From Fimicolochytrium jonesii (lineage: Eukaryota): 47,284 bases of DNA. The position numbers and the translations under genes were made by a program. Of the stretch, positions 12,029 through 22,949 are shown piece by piece. Positions within the stretch are counted from its first letter, which is position 1; each line of letters opens with the position of its first letter. The notes beneath the pieces are model-generated. The model did no database searches and was not told where the DNA came from. It saw nothing but the letters and a program-made list of their open reading frames with translations. The stretch covers positions 2,108,001 to 2,155,284 of the forward strand of contig NW_026515669.1 of NCBI RefSeq assembly GCF_025526975.1, read 5' to 3'.

Positions 12029-12328
12029 TCAGGACGTCATATCATCAAAGTGGACGCTGCTTCCAGGCCAACACAACGGACAAGTCCCCGGTTCAATGTC
12101 AAGACTTTCAGAGTCCGAAATCCTGTCAGGGGTGTCATCGCCTTGCGGATAGGAATCGCCCGGTTCCAACAGCACGGTATGCTCATAGCGGATCTTCTTG
12201 ATTATGCGTGCACACTCGACGCACAGCTCGTGTCCACAGCTGGGCAACTTGACGATGAGTGGTTTGTTCTCATAACACACCCGGGGAGTGGCGGTGGGAG
12301 GATGGAGATAGTGGGGGAGGGCGGCCAA
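12029..12328 (-). pseudogene. Degenerate RING-finger protein
   Basis: (PRV)CYENKPLIVKLPSCGHELCVECAR...TCPLC is a C3HC4 RING pattern lacking the first Cys; upstream frames are broken. Confidence 0.55.
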
Positions 12329-12652
12329 TCCCGCAACTTCGATCTGTCCAGCGTCTGTCCGGGAGCCCGGACATTCCGGAGCGGGATATACGGTAGCTCC
12401 ACGACAGGTCCCTTGACTTTTCCCGTTCAGCTGTCAACGACACCGATTTCCGCGGCGTGAGGAGTCCCGTCCGCATTTCATTACGATCATCCTGTCCCTC
12501 GCCGTCAAAGTCCTTCCTGAGCCTCCGTCACTGATGGTTCGGAAGCGGCTCAAGTTTCGGACGGCCTTACTGCGTCAACGAGGGTAGTGCGTCCCCAGAA
12601 ACATTGAATTTATTTGTGGACCGACTCTAAACAACGCAACAAACTGTCGTCC

Positions 12653-12877
12653 ATGCCTGCCTCACGATACGACTACATTGCAACTTATGACCTCCACGGC
12701 GTAAGCAAGAGGTTCCAGGCTTCTAGCTTGCGATCTCTCGCACAGCTGCTCAAGATCAGTAGGTCCACCGCTATGCTTCTTGCTGACGGCGGTAAGTATA
12801 CAGGTAAGATGCCTATCAGGATAGAGAAGATGAGAAAAGGTGTTGTCGCTGATGGAAATGTTGTTATGCGTGAGTGA
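12653..12877 (+). CDS. Small NUMOD1-like helix-turn-helix protein (family 2, copy a)
   Basis: RYDYIATY...FQASSLRSLAQLLKISRSTAMLL...IRIEK; paralogue of 35958..36242. Confidence 0.6.
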   Translation: MPASRYDYIATYDLHGVSKRFQASSLRSLAQLLKISRSTAMLLADGGKYTGKMPIRIEKMRKGVVADGNVVMRE

Positions 12878-13260
12878 TTCTTACCACGTTGCCTTGCAGG
12901 CCCTTTGTCGCGAACAAATTCCGCATCGCATGCCAATCATCAACGTTGCAAGCAACGGGTTTGCACGACGGTTTATGTTGTCCACAGTCGCGACGTGGAT
13001 GAGGATGGAGGCGGCGATTCGATGTTACGAAGCCGCTATTCGAGTTCTCTATGACCACATCTCTCTATGTGATGTAGCGGACTGGGAACCGCATTCAGCC
13101 GACATGCCTCAATAGATAGGCTTGGGTCTTCCCTGACTGAGGTGTGAGCTTCGCGATGTCAGAATCAACGAAGAGCTCGGTTATGTTGCGGGGAGGAATC
13201 GCTCTCGGGGTACTTACGGTGGAAGAACCACTGACAAACACCGCTTGAAAATCGTTCGTC

Positions 13261-13582
13261 GAAAAGTACCATTTGAGAATACCAGATCTTGCACTGCCTG
13301 GTATCTTGGTCTGGTAACTTCGCCGCGCGAAAACATCGAAAACGACTGTCGGAAATCGATTGCGGGGATCAGCTGGTAAATCTGGTATCTTCGGAACACC
13401 TTTCCGTTCTCAAGAAGTGACAGTGAAAAATTAAAAAAACTTTCCTCCTTTCAAATCTTCAGGTCAAAATCTTGAAATGAAAGTACCAAGTTACCAGATG
13501 CTCCACCCCACTCGACGAATTTGGCACTTTCGTGTGCCGAAGTTACCAGCAAATATACCAGCCATCTGGTAATCTGGTAAGT
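13261..13582. repeat. Origin-like module copy 1: 12 TACCA(G)/CTGGTA boxes in dyad symmetry around an AT-rich core
   Basis: Forward boxes at ~13267, 13280, 13484, 13492, 13544, 13556; reverse boxes at ~13298, 13311, 13373, 13382, 13566, 13574; AT-rich stretch ~13420-13480. Confidence 0.85.
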
Positions 13583-14021
13583 TTGGTTCCCAGGTACATT
13601 TCTGACAAACTAGTGCTGGCCAACACTCACGGCGGGGATTGATGGTAAGAAATAGCCAGAATCAATCGAGACCCTGCGTCAAAGTGGCCGGAACCCTCAG
13701 CATCCATGGGGGTCTGCCGAGCAACTTGATCTCCCGGCAAGCAACACCACCTCGCACAATGGATGAGGCAGCGGAGGCAGGGAGATGTCCAGGAATTCAA
13801 CGTACCGAAGCATTTCACCTCTCTACCTTCTACGCATGCACCCTGGTGAACTAGGGGGTCCCGCTTGCGTTTGAGAAGCTTAAAAGTTGACGCGACCTAT
13901 CATTGCTTTTAGCGCCACGGACGAAGTGGCGCTTGACTCAATGCCAAGCAAGCTCGCCAGACGCCGTGCCCGAAAGCCTGGGGCGTGCGGAGGACTACTT
14001 TAACATCGTTAATGGAATGGA

Positions 14022-14342
14022 GAAAGTACCAGATGTGCATACCAGAACCCCGACAGCCCTGGTATCTTATCCGGTATCTGCTCCGCGCGAAAACATCGAA
14101 AACGAGTCGAGAATATCGATTGCGCTACATCATCTGGTAACTTGGTAACTTCCAAAGCCATTTCTGTCACAGGAAAAGAAAGTGAGAAACAACAATCTCT
14201 TCTAATGGAATAATTCTCCAGATCAAAATCTTGATATGAAGTTACCAGATTACCAGATGCTATACGGCACTCGACTTTTCTGAAGCCTTCGTGTGCCGAA
14301 ACTACCAGCAAAGATACCAGCCGTCTGGTAATCTGGTAACTT
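14022..14342. repeat. Origin-like module copy 2 (diverged direct repeat of 13261..13582) directly upstream of the primase-helicase
   Basis: Same 12 boxes in the same order and nearly the same spacing. Shared blocks ccgcgcgaaaacatcgaaaacga, atcgattgcg, tcaaaatcttga, ttcgtgtgccgaa and tctggtaatctggtaa. Confidence 0.85.
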
Positions 14343-17300
14343 CGCCTCTGCGGTTTGGATGTGGAGCAGGGCAAGGGGATCGCATACAGGACATGGGCAA
14401 CTCGAGAAAGCAAACGCGTTTGAAACTCGAGAATAAAAAACGTTGCCCAAAGTTAGGCAATGAGGACGAGAATAAGATTGCGATGACAACTGACGCATAC
14501 AAAAGCTTGGTCAGGCAGTTGCGCATGGACAAGAGCTCCCAAGCACATCAGACGCACTTCAACTTCCCGGGCTTCACTGGAATATTTGCAAGGTTGAGCG
14601 TGCCCTCTGAAAAGGAGCGCAGGGATCTCTACGACATACTCTTCGCTGTGATTCAGCAGGCAGGTGACGACATTCGGGCGAGCCCATGCGTTCTGTGTGA
14701 ACGCATACCACAAGATGGTCGATTTCGACTGTTCTTCGATTGGGATGTGAAGCTTCACGAAGTCGGAACCGATGACGATATTTTGCTGACCAACCAAACC
14801 GTCGTGCAGGGAATCAGGGACGAACTTGTTGCATCCTACGGTGCCGATTATGGAGATACGCCTCTTCTGGTCTCTGTTGGCTGCGCCCAGAAAATTCATG
14901 TCAACTGTCCCGGCATTGTCGTGACGAAAGAAGTTGCGGTCTTCCTATGTGAGCGTTTGCGGGTACGACTGATCACAAAGGCATGTCTTGCAGTGGACAA
15001 AGCAGATAAGTGTCTCGACACTTCGGTCTACAATGGTCAGGGCCTCCGCCTGCTTGGATGTCACAAGGGAAGCAGCTTGAAAGGCGCCGATGTTGAGCCA
15101 TACGAAGCGCGATTCGGCGCTGGATCCTTCCGGTACGCTTATACCCCCGTGGACAGTGTTTCACTTGAGCGGCGCGCGATTCGGAGAGAGGATCTAGACG
15201 ACTACAGCATCATTCCACAGCCTCATGCAACAGTGACCTTGCTTTGTGACGAGGCTGATGGAGACCTTCAATCGCGTAGAACTGCGAAAGTCCCCCGACA
15301 AGCATTGAAGAGGGGAGTTTCAGCCGAGGAGAGCGACATGACAGTCGATTGCAACAGCAACACAGAGGTGTTTTCAGGACCGGAGTACAGCGCGGTGCTA
15401 GGGAAAGCGACCAGCTTTTTCTCCTCCCAGTACGGGCTGACGGAGCAGTTTCACTCGATCATTGTACAAAGGGCCAAGAAAGCTCTCATTTTCAGTACGA
15501 AGAGCCGCAGGTGCTACATCAAAGGCGATACCCACGGGAGCAACAATCCCTACATCGTCATCTCCAGCTATGGGTGTCGCTTCAAGTGTCCAAGCTTTGA
15601 ATGCAGTAAGGTGCCTACCCGGAGTATCCCTCTCTGCGATCTGCCGGAAGAGCTTTCGGAAGCGTACACGAAGGTCTTCCATGTGGAATCTTCAGACAAG
15701 GGAAGGAAGGCGTTTGCGTCTGGAGTTCGCGCCCTGGCAAAAACGCTCCCGAGTATGAACTTGAAGTTCAAGCCCGCAGAGGTTCGCAAAAGTGGAGTTG
15801 GCTGGGTGTGCGTGCTGCAGGAGAACACTCACTGTCCCAGTCATCAAAAGGAGCACGACCGTCCTGAGAACTATCTCATCGCGAATTCTAACGGGTGCTT
15901 TGTCGGCTGCAGGCAAGATCCTGCGCTGTTCTTTCCGTCCGGTGCTTCTGGTCTACAGCTGCCAAGCAGTGTGACCAACGTGCTCTTCCAGTATGTAGAC
16001 AAGCGCACCTTCATTGTTGACAGCGGGACTTTAGCGGGCAACACCCCATTCATAGACGAGATCAAAGACGAGACACAGCATTTCGAGGACGCGGAGGCCA
16101 ACCGGCTGTTCAAGAGTACATTTCGAGGAACGCACTCGGCGTACGCAAAGTACCTGTACCACTCTAAAGGCGCTCTCTTTATCTGCAATCGGGAAAGACA
16201 AGCTGCTTGGCACGTGTTCAACTGCCACCGCTGGAAGTATGACCCGGGCGCGGCATACCTAATGCGCTACCTCTCGTCCGATGAGAACCTCGAACCGTAC
16301 CTCAGAGCGCGCAAGCTCTACAGTCAGGGCGACGAGGTCTCATGGAAGATTGCGTTCAACATCGACAAGCTCATTACGAGCTTCCAAAACCATGGGAGCC
16401 AGCGGGGTTTTGTTGACGAATGTGCGTTGTTTTTCAACGAACGCAGCGATGAGCTCGAACGGAACCTGGATGGGAACCGGTATCTGATCGGTTTTGCCAA
16501 TGGGGTCTTTGACTTGAGGGAGCGCATGTTTCGAAAAGGGGAGCCGAACGACTATGTCAGCATGACTGTGCATTACGAGTACGGTGAGCCAATCGAAGAA
16601 GACGTCGGCGACGTGCTCGCCTTTATCAGCAAGATTCTTCCCGATGATGCGGTTCGCCACTACGTACTCAAGCTCCTGGGATCTTGTGTTTCTGGGGATA
16701 CTCGCGACGAAAAGTTCCATGTGTGGATCGGAGGCGGAGCGAACGGCAAGAGTACGCTGCTCTCGCTTGTCGCTGCGGCTCTGGGTCAGTACGCAGCTTC
16801 GATGAAGGCCACGATGTTGACCCAAAAGTCACCTCCCGCTGACAACGCAACTCCAGGAATGAACAAAGCAGTTGGGGCACGTATGGTTGCCATGCAGGAA
16901 ACAAACTCTGGCGAAAGCGTCAACGAATCGCTTCTGAAGAGCTCACTGGGTGGTGACAAGATAGACTACCGCCCATTGTTCAAAGAGGCGCGAGAGTTCT
17001 ATCCTCATTTCAAGATGATCCTCTGCACGAACAACCCCTTGACCATAAAAGGGACGGACCACGGAATCTGGCGGAAGATCCGAATGGTTCCTTTTGAAAG
17101 CCAGTTTGTGGCCAAGATTGGCAGGATAGCCCACAAGGAAGGAAACGCATCAGTTGAGCCCATCGAACACTTGATTCAAGATGCCCAAGGAGATGCTGTG
17201 TTTGAGATGGACAAGAGCGTTAAAGACAAGATCGACGGGCCTTGGAAAGTCGCTTTCATGCACATGCTTATACGATATTATTACGTGTGGCAGGAGGAGG

Positions 17301-17611
17301 GGCTTGACGAGGTCCCGGACAAAATCGCTCAATACAATCGGGACTACAAGGAATCACAAGATATGGTTGGGAAGTTCCTAGAAGAAAAGTGTCAAATCGG
17401 TGCAGAGTACAAGGTGCACAGCAAGCCGCTATGGGAAGCTTTCTTCGACTGGCAGAAGACTGAAGCCCACCAGATCCGTCAACACGACTTCAGCCAGAAG
17501 CTCAAGCGAGATTCAAGGTTCACCTACTCCAAAGGGGTTGATATTAACGGGAAGAACAGTTGTGGTTACGCTGGGCTTCAGGTAATTGGAACTGCGGCAG
17601 CGTGTATGTGA
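14291..17611 (+). CDS. AEP primase (NCLDV/herpes/PrimPol type) - Zn fingers - D5-like SF3 helicase - C-terminal winged helix fusion
   Basis: 1106-aa intronless ORF; likely ATG 14393 or 14483. AEP motifs FRLFFDWDVK, KIHVNCPG and LDTSVY..GLRLLGCHK. Two Cys/His clusters: CYIKGDTHGSN..CRFKC..C and CPSHQKEHDR..CFVGC. D5_N LIGFANGVFDL..FRKGEPNDYVSM. Walker A GGGANGKS, Walker B VAMQE, motif C LCTN, DHGIWRKIRMVPF. C-terminus FLEEKC..LWEAFFDW..FSQKLK..GYAGLQ. Confidence 0.95.
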   Translation: MCRNYQQRYQPSGNLVTSPLRFGCGAGQGDRIQDMGNSRKQTRLKLENKKRCPKLGNEDENKIAMTTDAYKSLVRQLRMDKSSQAHQTHFNFPGFTGIFARLSVPSEKERRDLYDILFAVIQQAGDDIRASPCVLCERIPQDGRFRLFFDWDVKLHEVGTDDDILLTNQTVVQGIRDELVASYGADYGDTPLLVSVGCAQKIHVNCPGIVVTKEVAVFLCERLRVRLITKACLAVDKADKCLDTSVYNGQGLRLLGCHKGSSLKGADVEPYEARFGAGSFRYAYTPVDSVSLERRAIRREDLDDYSIIPQPHATVTLLCDEADGDLQSRRTAKVPRQALKRGVSAEESDMTVDCNSNTEVFSGPEYSAVLGKATSFFSSQYGLTEQFHSIIVQRAKKALIFSTKSRRCYIKGDTHGSNNPYIVISSYGCRFKCPSFECSKVPTRSIPLCDLPEELSEAYTKVFHVESSDKGRKAFASGVRALAKTLPSMNLKFKPAEVRKSGVGWVCVLQENTHCPSHQKEHDRPENYLIANSNGCFVGCRQDPALFFPSGASGLQLPSSVTNVLFQYVDKRTFIVDSGTLAGNTPFIDEIKDETQHFEDAEANRLFKSTFRGTHSAYAKYLYHSKGALFICNRERQAAWHVFNCHRWKYDPGAAYLMRYLSSDENLEPYLRARKLYSQGDEVSWKIAFNIDKLITSFQNHGSQRGFVDECALFFNERSDELERNLDGNRYLIGFANGVFDLRERMFRKGEPNDYVSMTVHYEYGEPIEEDVGDVLAFISKILPDDAVRHYVLKLLGSCVSGDTRDEKFHVWIGGGANGKSTLLSLVAAALGQYAASMKATMLTQKSPPADNATPGMNKAVGARMVAMQETNSGESVNESLLKSSLGGDKIDYRPLFKEAREFYPHFKMILCTNNPLTIKGTDHGIWRKIRMVPFESQFVAKIGRIAHKEGNASVEPIEHLIQDAQGDAVFEMDKSVKDKIDGPWKVAFMHMLIRYYYVWQEEGLDEVPDKIAQYNRDYKESQDMVGKFLEEKCQIGAEYKVHSKPLWEAFFDWQKTEAHQIRQHDFSQKLKRDSRFTYSKGVDINGKNSCGYAGLQVIGTAAACM

Positions 17612-19251
17612 GCAATCCTCAGTACGGACTGTTGCCGCAATGCGCCTCATGGGGCTACTTCGATGACCGACCTGAACGATGCACTGTAGAGAGAGACCTA
17701 ATGCAGTATGTTTCCAAGGGCGTGCGGAATCCCTTCAAATATGCGCGAAGCCCATACATCTCGGACCGGCGCTGACTCTCACGAGTCCACCTGCCCGTCC
17801 CATACGAGTTCACCTACCTTTGGAGAGGCATAGTCTGCAATGTGATGGCTCACCTACCGGGGCTGCGACATCCCCCTGCGTCGATGACCTTCCGAGTGAC
17901 GTCGTTTTCATTTAATTACATGTACCAGGGCTTGCGATGTAGACAAATGACTAAGGATCGGGCTGCCATGACTGCCAAGTGTGTGTCTGCATCAGGCCGC
18001 CGGAGGTCCATTGTTCATGACACGTAGGGTGAATTTCCCACCACATGCCGATTCAAGGAGGAGGCTCCGTGGGAATTGGCTACGACATCCCAGTAACGCG
18101 TTCCCATTGGCCGGTTCGGTTCCACACACGAACGACTGTCTTGTAATTAATGTGTGGGACGCGTCGAAGGAATTCCGCCAGGAGGCCGGCAATTTTCTCA
18201 CCGTTTTCGCCTATTTCTTATGCCGTTACCCTTTCTCCTCTAGCGACCAAATCCTATTACACTTCCCACCAGGGGCCCCTCTGCTACACAAATGATCCGC
18301 AGGTGCCCCTTATAGCTATTGTACATATGCTCCACGTCATAAGAAGGGGTGAGCACATGAGCTTGCAAGATCTAAGGAATACGGACGAGCAAGGTGCCAC
18401 CAAACTGTCATAATCTTGCCTTTTCCTTCAATCCTTCGAATCAGATGTCGGTCGGGAAGACTTCTGAGGCAATACTGTACAAACGCACTTTCATTCTCGA
18501 GATTGTTACATTTTCATTGTGGAGAATAGTCCGACGGGCCAGGAAGCAAACCCATTGCCAAGGTGAAGTATGCATTAACACAACTGTGCAATCCACGAAG
18601 ATGGGCCTTGCGTCGGAGGGCTCTGCCAGGGGGAGCATTCAAGAGAGCCAGCGCGTGCCAGGGGCGATAACCCATTTCCCCTTATCTCTCTCCCTCACAA
18701 CCTTCGCTACACGGTTTTCTTATTTCCATTCCGTTTTCGTCCTCATGACGCGACGTTTTTGTCCGTCCTCCACCACTTGTTCATCCTGACATCAGTATAA
18801 GGTGGGTGGGATCAGAATGGAGGGACAGGAGAGTACAAAGGGATGGTAAGAAGCTGCTTGTCCTGCGACTGCGACTGCGACCTGCGACCTAGCAAGTTGT
18901 GGGCGATCGTTTCTCAACTCGCTGGAGCTTCCCCTCCCGTACCCGTCGTGTTGGCCTCCTGTTTCTCAAGCCAAAAGTAAAGCCCATCACATCGCCCGGT
19001 CTTCTGTACGAAGGCGTCCCCTTGTACTGCTCACTGCACTGGCCCCAGTAACACCTGAAGAAAGCTCCTTCACGATCCACTGCCGGCAAGCACCTATCCA
19101 GACACCAGGTAAGCCTCACTCGCCTCGATTTGTTTCAAAATCAGCGAGGTAACCCTCCACGACCCGATACCAGCGAGGTCAATCTCCGATACGCTTTGCA
19201 CACCGATTCCCTATCAAGCCATATCAAGCCATCTTTGGTCCAGAAGCCGCA

Positions 19252-20073
19252 ATGCACGCAGCCCTGACAGTTGACCAGAGTCATGAAACACGTCGTCACA
19301 CTTCCCTGCCTGGTAACACTTTGCACATAGTTTGCTCCAGCAAATCCAGAACCCAAGCTGACGTCAATCATCATGATTTTTTGCTCATAGTGAAGATACA
19401 TATCTTGCCAATCGAAGTTCTTGAACGCATTGCGGAAGCCGCAGCGGGAGTGATGAACTACGACCAACTTGTGCTCTTCCTCTACATGATACGCACTAGC
19501 AGGCGAAACCTTATTGCTCGTCGGGCTGCGTTCATGACAGCCCGGAGCATCATTAAAGACCATCTTGGACGACGCAGCACAGCAGACAATCGGACCTACC
19601 CTCTCGATTTTGTCAGTCGGAGCTTGACCATCCCCATCGATGGTACGAACAAAGAACTCCGCATTCACTCCATGATTTGGGGTGCGAACACGTATCCGGA
19701 AATCCCTTCCAAAGAGATAGTACACTGTGGCACAGTGAAAAATCGCTGGATGCTTCAGCCGTGGACTGTGCACATCGATGAGTTTGGAGCAAGCTTGATC
19801 GAAACGGTTGACGGTCATGAGATTCCGGAAGGATGGAACGACTCTGGAGAGTACGAGGAGGGTGAAGAGGAAGATGAGGAAGATGACGAAGACGAGGAAG
19901 ATGACGACACGGAATCGGTGCATTCGGTAGCCAAACACTGGTTATGGGGCGCGTGTGCTCTGTCTGAATCTAGAGACGAGTTGTGCGATTGGCGTTGTCC
20001 TTGCCGTGATCATCTGAAGCCTGCCAGCGCACGAGCGCTTGAGCCTCGAAACACTGTACCTCACGAATTGTAA
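19252..20073 (+). CDS. F-box-like protein with acidic tract and CDWxCPCRxHLKP motif (family 1, copy b)
   Basis: ILPIEVLERIAE (F-box-like), EYEEGEEEDEEDDEDEEDDD, and a C-terminal motif shared with 811..1398. The true start is uncertain. Confidence 0.7.
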   Translation: MHAALTVDQSHETRRHTSLPGNTLHIVCSSKSRTQADVNHHDFLLIVKIHILPIEVLERIAEAAAGVMNYDQLVLFLYMIRTSRRNLIARRAAFMTARSIIKDHLGRRSTADNRTYPLDFVSRSLTIPIDGTNKELRIHSMIWGANTYPEIPSKEIVHCGTVKNRWMLQPWTVHIDEFGASLIETVDGHEIPEGWNDSGEYEEGEEEDEEDDEDEEDDDTESVHSVAKHWLWGACALSESRDELCDWRCPCRDHLKPASARALEPRNTVPHEL

Positions 20074-21347
20074 CTTCGCGCAACAGAATAGATTCAGCTC
20101 TCCATATTTTCAATTCATATACTTCATTGATTCCCCTTCATCTGTGCGGCATCATCAAACATAGTATCATTCGATGCCCCTTGCGTGGTTTAAGTTGAAG
20201 TACACCTTCAACCTTTTCTTGTACGGGCATATGCCGTTGGAATATCACCCTTTTCCCTTTTCCATCAAATGCCCGCACGAAATTGTCACGATATCACTCC
20301 TTATTCATTTGGTAGACCGTCACTGACCTGATCACCATCCGATGTGGACCTTACTCTTCCCCAAATGAGCCTGACCCGATAAGCGTCGCATAGCCGTTTA
20401 ACCTCGCGGAGGTTCTTAGCGCCAGCGTCACGCATGCTTCTCGGCTTTTGACCTGTGCTTGCCGAGGCTGTTCTATTCAACTGCTTTGCGGTGTGGGGGC
20501 GACGGTGAACGAGTCGATAGGGATGTCTAACGGGGTATGATCAAACCGGATTGTCCCCGTACACGGCAATAGAAGACGGTCATCGTCCCTGTTCCGTCCG
20601 TCTTCAGAGGCGATCTTCACTTCCGCTCTCGCCAACAGTAGCTGTGACCTCTCACTCCTTGCCGGCGATGCGAATTGGCAACCAAGCCTCTTCTTCCAGC
20701 GACGGAACACTCAGATGCATCCTGCTAAGAATAGTGTGTACCGTGGACGGTAGCACAGTACAGCGGTAGCCGCATGGCGAAGGGTATCAACCGCAAGTGA
20801 GCCGCGAGGCAGAGATGCCCAAGGGTAAGATTCTATCTCATCGGTTTTGGCACAGCTTTCAGTTCATGTCCCCACACAAGAAAGTGGAGGTGCCCCTACA
20901 CCCGCTCGAAGAAAGTCACATCGTTACAGGAGACGCTGTCTTTTGTAGCTACCAGAGCTCCAGTTCTCAAGACAAGCGAGACGTATGGACTGACGCGGGA
21001 GCAGCACTTCTATCTTTCGCTACTTCTGGCAGTTCCCGAGAACCCTTTGACAGCGCAAAAGGCCGTCTTTTTCCTTCGTACTGACAGTGTGCCGTCAATT
21101 TCCAACTGGGAGCTTGACCCATGCACCACCCAAGCGAGATTCTTTGTACCTTTCCTTTCCTCCTTCGCTTACTCATTGTTTTCCATCGGAGGGTCTCCGA
21201 GATGTGGGGTTGGATGTGGGCGGGCTTTCTCGCATCCCCGCGTCTACTATAACATGCAAAAGAAGTGCGTTCACCGCCGAATATTATATTCAAACCTGTA
21301 GCAAAAGAGATACACAACCCTCATAAGATTCAACCTCGATCAGGAGG

Positions 21348-21626
21348 ATGAATATCTATCCTCCTCCTGGATTGGGACCGTCGCCTACAGGAACGGGACC
21401 GTCGCAATTCTGGCTACGGAGCGCTCTGACTACGGCTCTTGATATACCAGGCGACCACGGTGATTTGGAAGTATTCAGTTATGTGGTCGAAAGCTATATT
21501 GGTCAACTTGCATCAACCGCAATTGGTGGCTCAAGCCTGGATCTCACAGTCAATATCTTCCGTTTGGCAGGCACATCGCAACTCTATATACCCGGCTCGA
21601 ATGCCAGTGCATTGCGAACTACTTGA
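21348..21626 (+). CDS. Unknown small protein or gene fragment (family 3, copy a)
   Basis: ALDIPGDHGDLEVFSYVVESYI..LDLTVNIF..SQLYIPGSNA matches 38094..38447. Confidence 0.5.
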   Translation: MNIYPPPGLGPSPTGTGPSQFWLRSALTTALDIPGDHGDLEVFSYVVESYIGQLASTAIGGSSLDLTVNIFRLAGTSQLYIPGSNASALRTT

Positions 21627-22949
21627 TGGCCCGCGCCAAAAGATTATTTCCCGCAGCATCGCTGAAGATAACGAAGCTTCCCTTGCATACTATCCTTGAA
21701 GTTGGTCGGACGCGGAGCCGAGGGTGAAATCTAGTAACCCCATATACCTCTTCACGTCTCAGCATCTCAGCACCTGTCTTTCGCACATGCTTTCACTTTC
21801 CGACCATCCAAGTGGCCGTTGTTTTATTCCATAGCTTCAGCACATGATTGTCATTAGCGTTTGCTGGTTTTGCGGCGTTGGCTTGGGCATTTGTCTGTGG
21901 TATGCCTCGTAAATCGTCCCTCTTGTTCGAAGAAGGTTCGATCGAAAATCCTGACCAGGAACCAGAAGCGAAGCTCGGGCAATCCCAAGTGCCAATCATC
22001 CTCCCAGTCTTGCTCCCAAAAATGGACCGAAGTTACGTTGTCCCCTTGATTCTGCGTCGATGATGCGCGGAGTATGCTACAATGGGCGCCCTCGCTCATG
22101 CATGTCGGCACGGAGCCAAACAGCGTTGGACCGCCGGTGTGGCTACGTATCTAGAATATCAACTATCGCGCGTAGGACAGGTTCCGCTTTGTATTCTTTT
22201 TGATTAAACCCGTTTTGACACAGCAAAGGAGCGTGGCCAAGCTGTGGTGGTGGCATGAAGACACTCCCAACGTGCATTTCGTCGCCACCGTACATTAAAG
22301 ATCTATCCGGTCGATTGGCTGCTCGGAGCCACATCTGCAGACTTTCCATCGGCTGCTCCGCTCCTCCTACTTTCCATCGGCAAAGTATGTACGACCAAGG
22401 AAAGAATATTCCCCTGTTGTTATATTCCGCTGGGGCATACGGTCCTATTGGTCCCGAGCTATATTCTTACGACTGCCGGTAACGCTTGGGTCGTCGACGC
22501 GGCAGCCCCTTGCTCAAGTCGCACAACATGGGTCAATGATGTGAGTGAGGCCCGGCATTCGCATCCAGAAAGTACTCCTTGCATAAAGCAAGAGAAATTG
22601 CGCTCTTGATAAAAGATCCATGACTCGGACCAGCTAACCCCGCTACTGCATCGGTAAACACATCATTTTCTCGTTGTTGCACATTGGTTCTATTCTCATT
22701 TTCTCCTTCTAGCTCCGAGCGGGCTCAAGATGGTCAGCCGGGTTCCCTTAAACATGAGCAAACGGAGTGCAGCTCTCAAAGATGCAAACCCCAGAAGCAC
22801 TCAGCGGTGCCACTCAATATCACACGTTTGTCATAATCTGCCACCAGATTCCCCGTCATTTTGAGTATGGTGTGGGGGATGGAACGATCAGCCTTCCCCA
22901 AAAAGAAAAGCCTATATACAAGTAGCTTGGTCAGAGCCGGGCCTCAAGA

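Noticed and set aside
14291..14392. GTG-initiated N-terminal extension of the primase-helicase
   Set aside because: It overlaps the non-coding repeat module, and a eukaryotic start at ATG 14393 or 14483 is more plausible.
19141..19938. 265-aa minus-strand ORF, and similarly 28064..28798 (+) and the many ORFs nested in 14291..17611
   Set aside because: They are antisense shadows of better-supported genes; the hydrophobic stretch mirrors the acidic codon tract.
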